A DNA stretch of 62,667 nucleotides, the filler included, from Basidiobolus ranarum (Eukaryota), in the NCBI GenBank assembly GCA_040143965.1. It is 11 parts of 11 records of this genome, joined end to end, with 100 filler letters (N's around TTAATTAATTAA, not from the genome) between each part and the next. Parts side by side here need not be neighbours in the genome. Positions count along the whole stretch, not along the records: positions 11,446 to 17,063 come from JASJQH010008414.1; positions 17,164 to 22,777 come from JASJQH010008415.1; positions 22,878 to 28,486 come from JASJQH010008416.1; 8 more parts are not named here. The stretch is one strand, 5' to 3'. Shown here piece by piece: positions 11,537-24,599 of the stretch (the stretch's first letter is position 1; the number at the start of each line of letters is the position of its first letter). The position numbers were made by a program, and so were the translations under genes. The notes under the pieces are model-generated. The model was not told the DNA's origin. It worked only from the letters and a program-made list of their open reading frames with translations, and did not search any database.

Positions 11537-14500
11537 TTTGATGTAAATCCTTGGTCTAAATATCAGTTAATATTCGACCTGGCACAGAATTTAGAATGAA
11601 TGAGTGAATAAGACTAATAAGATTTATAGAAACTTAGGTTGATGATAATAGAGTGGCTATCGTACTCCTTTTATCCCATCCACAGCAAGTCACGATATTT
11701 CGTATCTTTGACTCAATGGTTATATACTGATTATACATTATCCTTTATCTGTCTGAACTATATACAAGTTTTATTAAATCAGTAAATAATGGTATGATAC
11801 TTCACATACTTGGTAATAATTGGAGCCACTCTACTCTCACTCGTTCGAAAGAGCCCTGAATCACTATTTTACCACATGTTTGAAATAATCCATAATTTCT
11901 AGACATAATTTTTCATATTTTTACCTTAGCCCTATTTGTCCCAAGGTAGTACAGAAAAGACTTCAGTAAACCCTTATGCTTTAGATAAAGTAGTATGACA
12001 TCTGTAGTCTCTAAGAAATATATTAGGCTGTCTCTTTCATTCAATTCTTTATTTGCGATAGAATTTAAGTACCATATATGTAATATTAATATACACGCCC
12101 ATATGGTTAAATCGTTGTCCCGAGAGTGAATATCCAGACCCAAATTTTTACCTCCATTAATTGCGAGTGAATTTAGAAATTGATGTCTCGTTTTGAACGT
12201 CCACATCAAACAATCATTTTACATGGAACATAGATATTTCTTGGCCTTCCTCGCTATAAGTAATTCAGCTCGGTTTATTAATGACACAAACTTGGCTCAC
12301 TTTACTGGATGCACATAATGCTGTAAGACCCTCTCCCTAACCAGCTTCTCAAATTGTTTTGATTCTAGAGGATTTCGAAGTCACTATCTGACACCTTTCA
12401 TGGGCCATCATGATTAAATCGATTGGATACTCAGTGATCACGAAGTAAATACAGAATTGGATTGATTAATCTTACCATATTTAGATATTTTATCACATCT
12501 CTGCCTGCAAATATTTGCCTTATAAGGAGGGTTTCATTAAGCATGTTCTCATACGATTTCACCCATAGCGTTAACTAATACTCTGTAGAGAGGGTGTATT
12601 CAGCAATCTAGTATACAAATATATCTTCAGCCTACATTAATAACAAACCAATCAAAATTATCTAGGAATTATTTAATATACTATATCATGGTTTGTATAT
12701 TGGTAATGCTATAATATATTGAAGAGCCTGGAGGCACCTGGAGTAATGATAGTGACACTTCATTTGATCGCCTGGGACAACTACTGCACAATTCTCTGGC
12801 ATATTTACAGTAGATTTTACTTCATATATGCTACCAAGGTTGGGTTGGCTGCTATACACGCAAGTAACTTTAAGGTTGCAGCTTTGGTCTATTTTGAATT
12901 GAAAGAAGTTTTTGAACTATAGTATCCAATCGTGAGTATCATCTATTTAGCATATTGAAAATAAGGCCATGGTTGACGGAACGTTAACTTTAATTCAAAC
13001 TGTATTAGTGTTTATTTACCCATGCCTATTGGAGGCAAAACCATAAACCCGAAATATAAGATTCTGGACTAGCACCTCAACTATCTCTGCCATATTCCGA
13101 GTCCATACAAATTCCGAGATGATACATTGAATGTTGTACCAAAAATCCGGCTATACTTATCTCCCCCACATATGATTTTCTGATTAACAGCATTTTTTCT
13201 CCTGAAAACTCAACGATCATCCTTGTGTATTTCAAACATGGAAAAGTAGACGACCAGAACACAACAAATGATGCCCACTGGTGTACTCTGATGACAATCA
13301 CTCACAAATAAAGACCGGGGGTATATATTGACTACACGGTGCATTGAAGGAGAAAACCATTTAATATAGCGACACCAATTTCATATGATGCCACTGTCTC
13401 TACAGTGAAATGAGACATAGATTGACTTGATTCCAATGAGTTTCTCAAGTCGAAAGCCAAAAGCACGTGTAACCAAAGACTGATAGCCGTTACCTAATAA
13501 TAAGTTTGTTAGATGATATTATACTCCTACATATGAAACCTGTATTTCTCATGCACCATCCTCATCGATAATAAATACGATGATAGAATGAGGCACAGTC
13601 TTTGTCCAGAATAACTGTGTTTACTTATTTAGAAATATTTGAATAGGATGCGAACTCTCTTCACCATGAAGTAATTCAGGACTTGGGTCTCATGTAAACG
13701 GCAATTTCCATTTAAAGGCAAAAGCACCATGAGGATGTCCAAGACCTGAAAACAATCTTCCAATCAGTGAGGCCTTCAAGGCCAGATAGAGAGATATGGC
13801 GGTGTGAGTATAAATCCATATCAACCACTATATGAAAATGAGCTCACATCTGAGATGACTCAGGGAAATAACCTGAAAGAAATGAACTCTCCAACACCAT
13901 TAGTGCGGAAGATACAAATTATAGGAATTATTCCCACTACGAGTAAGATCATTTCCCAATAGCAAATAGCGAGTTACGAGGATTTCCTGTTTCTAGACAT
14001 TCGCTATATATAGGACTGGCAATTCTTGAAATAAGAGTAATTTATTACACCTGACCCGTAACATGAATTTCTATATAGGGCGAGCTCGTGTAGCATAAAA
14101 CAGTAAACGGAAGGATGGCATTTCCTTATTCGTTGTATTTATCAGCAGCTGAGGCTCGTTCTAATAACGGATATACCTGCTCCCGACTGTCCTTAAAGTG
14201 ATTCCCATACTCTAGCGTGACAGCTAATTCCGATCATTAGCTAACCGTTGGATCGTGGCCTGAGGAAAGTAGTTATTGGTGACTGTCAGAAATGGCGATT
14301 TATCAGTTTCTTCATAGGTGTACCTCGGGATGTGCATGGAAACGATCGATATTAATAATGTCCGCTTGTCAGTAATTGAAATAGATATGCATATATATAT
14401 TCTCTTCGAGTTTTTGTATCGATTGTATTTACTATCAATTACGGTCATTGGGTGCTTTCGTATCGGTCATGGCTCTTAATTACAGCGTAATGCCACTTTC

Positions 14501-16972
14501 TGATAGGCACTTTTCGTGCTAATAGATAACCCGACCAATCACATACATGATGGTTAGTCATAGAAATGCCATGTGGAGGCAATCTTCGGCCAGGTAAGGC
14601 TGGCTTATTATATTTTCTTGTTATTGACGTGGACTGTATGGACGTGTACGCACTATATATTGCACGATGGCAATAACAGTACTACCAAGGCTTCAAGTAG
14701 CATGTTTGTATGTTAGTAAGACTGAGAAATTTGAAATATCAGCCCGAATGACCTGGAACATTCACAGAGGAGTACTTCTAGCCGTCAAGAATGATAGTCG
14801 AGAGGCACTATTTGAAGAAGATGACAGTCATGAAAGTATAAAAAGTAGATATAAACAACCAGAAGCAATCTCAATTAATCGATTGATACATACAAGTGTG
14901 ATCACAGTGTGTTTGAGATCGCATTTCTGTTTTCTTAATTTATACAATTTTCACACATGTTTGTTCTGTTAAATTTACCAAAATTAGGGGATTCTATAGT
15001 AGGTTGCAATGGCGCTCATTTAGGCAACGTAATCCTCATAGTTACACCAGTGTTACCTATTTGTTATTACTGGTACATGTGATTGTACTATCCCATTTAT
15101 TGGTCAGTTAGTGATTATCTACCCGGCTCACAATCAAGGCATTTCAGTCTATTCTAAAAGGCTTCAAGTCGGGTCGTAACAATCAAAATCTTTATGAAGA
15201 AACTTCTACCATTAACTGCCTTGAGTGGTACGAATGAATCAAAGCAATCACAAAGCTTCACTTTGTATGGAGGTAATTCGCCTCTAAAATAACAATCACC
15301 AATATGCATGAATGAAATTCTGATCATTGTTGCATTGGTGAATCTTGGGCAAAATTGACTATTACAATCACACCGCCAAGGTGGGAAAGTTATAGGTATT
15401 TCCTCATTTGGTTTCTGCATAGAATATTATGCACAAGCTCATTGGATTCTTTTTGTCTCCTACCATGGTAAAATTACCAAAAATATACATTTCTCGTACT
15501 TTTGCGCTGTGATACTTTTGAGCCAAGAGATGAATCATTTCATCAACTGCACGATGTAAACCTGACCTATCATGTACTTACCATTTAGATATGGTTTGCC
15601 TCACAACGAAGAGGATAGGTCAAGTACATGGCCAAGCGACAAGCCCGAAACCTAGAGACAACCCAATCGGGTTTTAGTGAAGGCCTCTAATCATATTGAC
15701 TAAAGTGCCCCGAAAGAGTGCTGGTTCCAAGTTCTATCTCCAATGCTAGAAGTTTCCACTCAACTGATAAATTAAGTGAGTTAGATCTTTTCGTCATTTC
15801 TATATTTGATATAAATTCATGACATTTTGTTTCAGAAAAACAATGGCGCTGGCCATATATGTATCATAACTATCTCTATTATGTATCCTTGAGAAACGCC
15901 GAATCTCGCTCGCGGTTTACTGGGGGTGTTTAGAAGTTTAACTGGTCCCAGTCAGAGGTGAATACGAAGGTTATCTGAAAGTAGGTTATTATAGCTAACT
16001 TATACTTATCTGTGTAGTTTTAGGTTGGAAGCTAATTGTTTAAAGGCCAAAGTTTAAAGTTTAACTTTATATTTCATAATGATTCAATAATACCAATTGG
16101 TTCTTCCTCAATAACCGAGTTTGTTGAAGAATACGTAACCTTAACTGAAATTTAATTAGTCATATAACTCAATCCTACTTTACTCAACGTATTGCCGGCC
16201 CAGCTACTGTATTATACAACAACTATATTAATTGCAGCTCTATCATCGTCAATTATCTTAATACATAGAAATATACTGAAGATATCAACAATATCTATAG
16301 ATTATGGAGAATCGAATAGCATAGGTATCTTTCGAAGAATCCGTTTGCTTCCCATGATATACATACTCAAACTGCAATATTCATGTATGATCTAACATCT
16401 ATTTATTAGTTCAGTCATTCAATTCTGCCACTCAGCGATTGTGTGACAGTCTTCCATAAAACTCATTTGGTTAAAGCGTGTCAACAAGAGTAGTACGAAT
16501 GGGTTTTTGGATCACTTCTACAATAATTCAGGTTACATTGTACAGAATAGTATCAATATATTTGTCGGTTTACTTCGACATATACAAGTTATGGTGCTGT
16601 AGGAACGGTGGGGTTACAACAGAAACGTTGCTATTGATTCGAGTCAAATAGGTGGCAAAATATATTGTGGTAATAATATTAGTTTTCTATGCTCAAAATA
16701 AATTCGTAAGATCCGTATATTCACAAACTAGGAACATCAGATGATACTGTCAGAAGTGGGAAAGTAAGTGTAGTGAGAGTTGATTCGAAATCTATCGGAT
16801 TCAGAAGATGGTTCAAATCTATATAAAACCTATTCATTGCAGCTAGAAAATGTCACATTCTTTCAATTGTCTCCCTTCATTACCTAAGGTACTTCACCCT
16901 CCATCTCATAGTCTCTAATTAACTCCATTCGGTGTTTATCTTATTGAAGATCGATTCATATCTTGGCCAACT

Positions 16973-17063
16973 ATGACTGCCAACGAAGAAAAGAAAGTAC
17001 AGCTCGAAGAGCATGCTCATCAGGAAATGGCGGAAGAAATTACGCCAGAACTTGAGGCAGTGG
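16973..17063 (+). CDS. 5' end of a paralogous gene running off the contig (MTANEEKKVQLEEHAHQEMAEEITPELEAV...)
   Basis: ATG-initiated frame open to the contig edge, TATATAAAA at about 16820, and 59 nt identical (inverted) to the other contig end. Confidence 0.6.
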
Positions 17064-17163
17064 NNNNNNNNNNNNNNNNNNNNNNNNNNNNNNNNNNNNN
17101 NNNNNNNTTAATTAATTAANNNNNNNNNNNNNNNNNNNNNNNNNNNNNNNNNNNNNNNNNNNN

Positions 17164-17349
17164 GACCCCTATCCACCTTTCAGCATTACAAATCAAAGGG
17201 AGCAAAGAATCATCACAAACAATAATGGTTGCATTACTGATATGGGTGGAGAATACTGCTCCAAAGACTTTACTAGTTTTTTTGTAAACATGAAATTAAT
17301 CAACAAACTACCGTACCTAATACTCTACAGCAAAATGGAGTTATAGAAA
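17164..17349 (+). mobile_element. Ty1/Copia integrase fragment
   Basis: TDMGGEYCSKDFTSF..KHEINQQTTVPNTLQQNGVIE matches the Copia rve core (SDxGGEY...TxPxTPQQNGxxE). Confidence 0.75.
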
Positions 17350-20015
17350 GCCCTGCTGTTATTGTCACAACTTCCTGTGCTATGAAAGCCAGAGGCTTCA
17401 TAGAATCAATAATCACATGCATGGTCACTGTACAAAGCCCCCAGCTGCATAAAGCCCAGTGTGTAACAACATTAACAAGTGTACTAAATTGACTTTAGTT
17501 TTGCCCAATGAGTCCACTGACTGTAGTTTGCCTCAAAGTTTAGGTAACACTGGCTAAAATCAAGATACTGTGGAGTTAACATAGTTATATGACCAGAATG
17601 CTGTAGGTAGCAATGCCACTTTGGTCAAACCAGTAAGTCCGGACAACTTTGAGGACTTGCTGCTAGATGTTGACCTTGGTTAGTCCAGTACCAATGGTAG
17701 TATATCAGCAGTTGAAGAAGAAGATGATGGTTTTGTTATGAACTCTTTGTTATTGGCAAATATTAGTTGACTCATAACACTTGCTGTAAAGGAAGCAGCT
17801 CTGCTTATTGAGGAGTGGAGAGTTCAATCCAATCTTAGTAACCAGTTGTATTTTGGTTTGCTTACACTTTTACCACAGTTGATTGGTAACTGTTGCTTGC
17901 AACAGATCTGGTTCAAATCAAAAACACTTGCCAATCATATGACTTATAATATTTTAGTAATTATACTACCTTCATGTCTAAATGGTTGTTTGGCTTTCAC
18001 CAGTGATCTGAAAAACCTGAAGTCATGTACTGTTTGCACATAATTGGCAATAACTGAATCAGGTAAATATTGTTCATATTTGGCTTACATACCATTGATT
18101 TACCATCTTGAAGCTTTGATGAAATCACCTAAATATAGATCATGGATACAATACCAAAGTACTCACCGTAAAGCTGATGGTATTACCAATATACTTGATG
18201 GATATCACTACCAGAATCTGAAGAGTCAAGGTTTCTTTGAGAACACATATGATCATACATTTGCATTGGCTCTGGATGGCTTCTCACTAAACAAGTATAC
18301 CATTGGAAAAGCTTGCTGGCCAATAATTTTAATCAACTTAAATATTCCTCCTTCTGAATGGCATAAGAGTCATAATATTGTGATATTATCCATCATAGCT
18401 GGACCTAAATCACCAGTGCTATAGAGAGCTCCTTGGAGGCTTTGATTGTGGAATTTCAATAGTTATCTAATGTGGTTCAGATGGGTGAATAATTTATCAA
18501 AGCTAATATCATTGAATGTATTGGTGACACTTCTGCCATCAGTAAACCTGGAGGTTTTTGCAGGCACAATGCACTATCTTGCTGTAGATTTTGTCAAATC
18601 AATGGAGTATACTCTATCAGGCATATGCATTACTACTGTTGGCATACAACACAAAACTTCATGATTTTACTGTCAAGAGCCTGGTCAGATTTCAACATGA
18701 TCACTAATATCAATACACAAAATTGTCAGTCTGACATCAAACTTAATTAGCTGTAAGCTTAAGAATATACTGCTAAAGGGGATCAGCTGGAGCCAGAGCT
18801 TTCAATTAGGCACTATACACTTACTATTCAACAACATTCCAATACTACTTATTCAGCTCGATAGTGGAAAATTCAATATGAATGAGCCATTAAAGATAGG
18901 ATCAAAGTTTGAACCAATTTGGAAAATGCTTGAAAACATTAAGATAACATCTTATTTTACCAGGACTCCCATCAATATCCACTCATCTACGCGTTTCTTC
19001 AAATGCAAAGACTGGAAGTATTGGATTTGTATATATTCAAGTGGAATCTTGAAAAGATTACTGCCTGATAAGTATTGGCAATAATGGGAGTGGTTTGTTG
19101 ATATTGTTAATATATTTTTATGGCAGCAACTCACATTGGGAGATCTCAGGCAGATACAGTGACTGTGCGTCCATTTTGTAATTGGATATGAAAAACTTTA
19201 TAACAGGTTTAAAGAAGATAGACTGTATCTATGCTGGTATTCAATACATTCCCTGCTGCATCTTCCTCAATGCTTAGAGATTATGGGCCCTTGCTATACA
19301 TTCTGGGAGTTTTCAATGGAGCTCACCTGTGGTAAAATGATGAACCATGTGAAATTGTAAGTGTTACCATAAGCTAAGTTGATTAACTATGTATCAGCAA
19401 AATCAGTGATGGATGTAATGCAAAGGGTTAAGGACTCACCAGAGTATATTAACCTTCCAACAAAGGGCTCTTTTCAATATGCTCATGGGTTTTGCATTGT
19501 TTGAACACAATAACAGCAATGAAGCCCAACTCATGGACACAGAGTAAGTACCACTATAATTTGGACTAAGTTGTTTGTGTGATAATCTGATGGTGTTTTT
19601 AGGAAAGCAGCAAGAAAGACTTCTTGGTGAGATAGATCAAGATACACAGTATTGTTGTTTCAGCCATTGGGTACTCTATTCAAGCAATGATACATCTACT
19701 TGTGATAGGACATTTGTTGACTGCAAGTTTGGGATATATTGGCTGAATTCTTTATGGAAACTTGCCAAAATCCAAGAGCTTATTCTCATTGTGAATGGTA
19801 AAAAGAGTCAGCTATTTGCAAAGTGTCAGTGCTATTCAAAATTTCAGATGTTTAGCAATTTTTCCACCATTAGTTTGTTGGTAAAGCATATTAATGTTGT
19901 AGAATTATGTCTAATCAGTCAAGTATGTACATATGTAAGGACTAAACACAACAAGATTCTTGTATTTTTTGATTCTCATTATGGCTGGAATACAAAGCCT
20001 AAAATATCTAAATAA
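17350..20015 (+). mobile_element. Decayed CACTA/EnSpm-like transposase copy
   Basis: Collinear with 8786-11225. ORF pieces include DGFSLNKYTIGKACWPIILINLNIPP and FKCKDWKYWICIYS. Confidence 0.8.
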
Positions 20016-20449
20016 AGGCATGCATAATAGTTTGAATTCCTACAGCAGTAAACCCAATAATTTACAATTAAAGTATTATATTTTTGCAAATATTGCAAAT
20101 ATTGAATAATGCATGCCCATTTTGAGGATCAATATTTCAACATGTTTGAATACCATCAAAATACTGTCAAGAGACCACTGTCATACCATCAATAATCCCA
20201 GGCAGAATGCAAGCGGCCAATATTGTGATGGTTCTCAGACAGTTTTGCTTATTTGGAGGGCAAATCTGAACTGGATCAAATCGATTTTATTTTTGTTAGG
20301 GGGTAATGATATCCATCAAGTAAATTGGTAATACCATCAGCTTTAGAGTGAGTGCTTCAGTATTGGATCAATGACCAATATATAGATGATTTCTTCAAAA
20401 CTTTAAAAAGGGGAATCAATGGTATGTATGCCAAATAGGAACAATATAA

Positions 20450-21840
20450 ACCTGCTTTACTGATTGCCAATTGTGTGCAAACAGTTCATGACTTCAGGTT
20501 TTTCAGATCACTGGTGAAAGCAAAACAGCCATTTGAATATGAAGGTAGTTTAATGACTGAAGGATTACAAAACTTAGGATTCAAAAGTGCTTTCTACTTT
20601 ACCTGGTCTGTGGCAAGCAACAGTTGCCAATCAACTGTGATAAAAGTATCAGAAAACCAATAAACACCTGGTTGCAAAGATTGGTTTGAACTCTTCACTA
20701 CTCCATAATCACTGCTGCTTACTTTACTGTAGTGTTATGAGTGTACTTAAGCTTGGCAATAACAAAGAGTCTGTTACAAAACCAATGTTTTATTCTTCTT
20801 CTGATATACTACTTTCAGTACAGGAATAACTGACTTCAACATCTAGCAGCATGTCCTCAAAGTTGTCTGGACTTATTGGTTCAGCCAAAGTTGAACTTTT
20901 ACCTACATCATTCTGGTTATATAACTGTGGTAACTCCATGGGATCTTGACTTTTGGCAGTGTTCCCAAAACTTTGAGGCAAACTACAGTCAGTGGACTCA
21001 ATGGGCAAAGCTAAAGTTAATTTCGTGGCCTTATTACTGTTGTTATACACTGGGCTTTATGCAGCTGGTGGCTTTGTACAGTGACCATGCATGTGTAAAT
21101 TGATTCTATGAAGCCTCTGGCTTTCATAGCAGAGGAAGTTGTGACAATAATAGCAGGGCTTTCTATAACTCCATTTTGCTGTGGAGTTTTAGGTACAGTA
21201 GTTTGTTGATTAATTTCATGTTTACAAAAAAACTAGTAAAGTCTTTGGAGCCATATTCTCCACCACTATCACTACTTAGTACCCTTATTCTTTGTGCTGA
21301 TTCTTTTCTACCATTGCTTTGTAATGCTGCAATGTGGCTAAGGCTCCAGATTTTGATTTGAGAAAGAATACCCAAGAATATCTTGTTTTGTAATCAGTAA
21401 ATGTCGTAGAGTACCTTTTCCCACCTAGTGCAACATTCTTGATGGGCCCACATAGGTTGGAATAAATCAGGGCAAATTCTGAGTGGATTTAATCTCTCCT
21501 GAGCTTGAAAATGCCTGCATGTGATGTTTTCCATATATGCAACCTGCATTTTGACCTACATCATTGTGGTCATATAACTGTGGAAACTCAACAGTATCTT
21601 GACTTTTGGCAGTGTTATCAAATCTTTGAGGCAAAACACAGCCAGTGGACTCTCTGGGCAAAACTAAAGTTGATTTTGAGCACTTATTACTGTTGATAAT
21701 CACCAGGCTTGGGGCAGCTAGTGGCTTTGTCCAGTGACCATGAATGTGATTATGTCTTCTATGAAGCCTCCCCATTTTGTAGCACAAGAATATGTGACCA
21801 TAATAGCAGGGTTTCATTAAATGTTTGTGTTGCAGTATGA
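20450..21840 (-). mobile_element. Two partial CACTA-like transposase 5' segments flanking a Copia pre-integrase/integrase fragment (about 21165-21545)
   Basis: Minus-strand translation gives the transposase N-terminus, then GCIYGKHH..F (GAG-pre-integrase-like) and LSSDSGGEYGSKDF...PQQNG, then the transposase N-terminus again. Confidence 0.72.
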
Positions 21841-22050
21841 CAAAGATATTGTAGAAAAAAGAACACATCCTATATAAGGGTGGTTTTTTAGGTATATTCT
21901 TACAATGTCATCAGCTGATCTTGAGACAATGTCACAGATGAGTCATCACAGGATTTACAAGATATTTCTGGTAATGAATGGCAATTTTGGTTGATTATGA
22001 GCTGTTTGTAAGCAATTTCATTGCACCAAGTTTACCATCTGAAAATTTTA

Positions 22051-22777
22051 ATGCCATTCAAAAGCATTTGAAATCTATATCCAAATTGGCTTGTGGGCAA
22101 AAGCCTACTGGCATGAAAGGAAAAAAACCAGCAAGAAAACAGGACTTAGTTAATGAGCAGTCTGGCAATGCTCTCTCTACTTTGAAAGGCATCAACATGC
22201 CAGAAACTGACTTGAGTAATGATGAAGCATTAATCAATTTACCAGACGGGATCCTTTCCAGTGATAGTGCAAGTAAAGGGATTGTAATCCTGCAACTATA
22301 TAGTAAGTCAATAGTTGAGCACAGCTCAACTACAACATTGCCAAGACTGTCAACTTCTAAAATGGCCACCTTGATAACTATTGAACAACACTCCATACAA
22401 ATTTGGATTGAAATAATAAAACAAGGGAATTGCAGGCAAAGCACTGTAATGATTTGTATGTAATTATAGGTAAAAATTCCATAGTTGCTATACAGGCTAT
22501 GACCGGCAACAATGTCACAATGTTGCAATCCATATAGCATTCTGAAGCAACTAGTCAACAGTTAGAGAGTCACTCAACAATGATACAGGATCCTCAGAAT
22601 GTTGTACCTCAGCTACACCAACATACTGCTCCCTCTGTCCATTCTCATTCAGGATTCCAATTAATCTCACACCATACATATGAACATCACCATGACAGTT
22701 TAGCAGAGCTGCCATCAATTGCTCTGATGATGAGTGGTTTAACATTTTGGAAACTGTACAGAATCTTGCCCAAAATC
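22051..22777 (+). pseudogene. CACTA-like element ORF2 copy (5' part)
   Basis: ATGCCATTCAAAAG start and GMKGKKPAR...NDEALINLPD match the 8548 and 27372 copies. Confidence 0.7.
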
Positions 22778-23270
22778 NNNNNNNNNNNNNNNNNNNNNNN
22801 NNNNNNNNNNNNNNNNNNNNNTTAATTAATTAANNNNNNNNNNNNNNNNNNNNNNNNNNNNNNNNNNNNNNNNNNNNTAGAAAATATGGGTAAGTCAAAT
22901 AAGGATAATAAAATAGAAATTGTGCAATAGTTATGATATGAGCTCGGAGTGGAAATAAGTCAACCTGCCAGTGGGTAGCAATGCTACCTCACTACAGCGC
23001 CTTGACAAACAAATATGCTGGTATCAACGTCCTTTGATCTTGATCAAGTACTAAAGCTTCTTTGATCTAAAACAACTGTAAACTCAACCAGTGGTGTCTT
23101 GACAAGGATGCACTTAGAGCAATTATCCAAAGGTAAAAGGTACCTTTGCCTTAGCAGGGAAGCTTGGGAAAGATGGGGAATAAGAGGAAAGCCAACCTTG
23201 GGGGGTTTTCAAGGTTGGAGAACAGGAATGGAGAGAAGTCTACAGGCAATTATAAGTAGTCTGATCAAAC

Positions 23271-23608
23271 TGTCACAATAAGGAACTGGCCATGGACTGG
23301 AAACAACAACAAGAGGCTAGAAGGCAGGAGAGTACTTGGGTGTAGACCACAAGACAAGACAAGACTGGATAAGGAAGAAACTTTTGCACAAATCTTTATT
23401 GATAACTGGTGTTGATCAGACTGAGGTCTGATCAAGGAACACATGGGGCTTATATAGATATTGCAAGGTGAATAATAATATACTGTGGCAAGTTTGGGAG
23501 TGGGGTGTTAGGGACTACAAGGACCAATCCAAAGAGGGATGATGCAAGGATGATCAGGTGACCTTCCATGGAAGGTCTGGGCGGAAATATACTATGTGTG
23601 GGATGACA
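23271..23608 (-). repeat. Candidate LTR (Gypsy-like)
   Basis: Minus strand reads TGTCA...TGACA termini, with TATATAA (about 23450), a perfect 10-bp hairpin (23412-23435) and AATAAA (about 23395-23400) in LTR order. No second copy in the window. Confidence 0.35.
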
Positions 23609-23715
23609 TGATTGGTTAGGTTGTATGGAATACTCCAAAAAACATGACTTCCATATAAGGTAATCTGGATGAACTGACACCTGATTGCCAAGAAGGGATG
23701 GCAAAGCAGATATGA

Positions 23716-23876
23716 TGTTGTAATCTAATAGTAGAAGAGTTTTATTTGCAGTGAATCAGTATGCCAAGATCAGAATCTTGACATATAGGGGCTTTAGTTA
23801 CATTGCTTTCTGTTTCTCATATATGTATAATGACTAAAGTTAACTAGGATGTGGAATAAAGATTAATAATCCAACA
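23716..23876 (+). repeat. Candidate short LTR; its 3' 90 bp recur at about 57105-57194
   Basis: TGTTG...CAACA termini with AATAAA near the end. Similarity between the two copies stops exactly at ccaaca. No target-site duplication seen. Confidence 0.55.
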
Positions 23877-24599
23877 GCTACTGTGTGTGATAAAGATACT
23901 TCTCCTTTTACTTGATCTGTAAAATAATTCCAAGATTGCAATATATGATATTCTTCCTGCTTAATATGTGCTAGATATTATTGAGTATTTCCAACACTAC
24001 AAGTCAGCCCTGAGTTGATATACAATGCCCTCATTATATCCTAGGATGGACTAACTTTAGATTTCTACCATAGTGAGTAGTAGCTAATGGTGTGTTACCA
24101 AGCTCTGAAATGGAGTAAGTACCATTTTTACAAACTTTTTGAATACAGAATAGAACTGTGCACTTCATATTAAGCCTTTGCGACTATTGTACATATAGTT
24201 TTGTATTATGTAATAAAACTAGATATCCAACTCTGAGTTTCCTGTTTTTAGTGTTCCTTGAGTGTCTGCATCTTCTTTTGCTTGGCTTCCACTAATCTTG
24301 ATGTTCTATGTTACTGCTTTAAGATGTTCTTGCTGTTGAAGAGTTTGTTCAAAATTCTACTTTCAAGTAGTTCTTCTGTTATTGTGTTTGTTTTACATTG
24401 AAACATAAGTAAATTTTTTATCTTAATATCAATTGATATTATTGCTTCATGTCCATTTATGACTATATTCACTACTTCTCTTGGTAGTGAATCTATCTGC
24501 CCATGAAGCTGTAAAGAATTAGCTTGACCATTTAAGAGGTTCAGTGCCAGTTGCCAAGTATATGAGCCCTGACAGAAATTTGAGGAATGTTATTGTATG

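Noticed and set aside
11600-16900. Short ORFs in contig 3 (e.g. 13077-13301, 14667-14972, 15154-15420)
   Set aside because: No recognisable motifs or coding bias. Decayed genes cannot be excluded without BLASTX.
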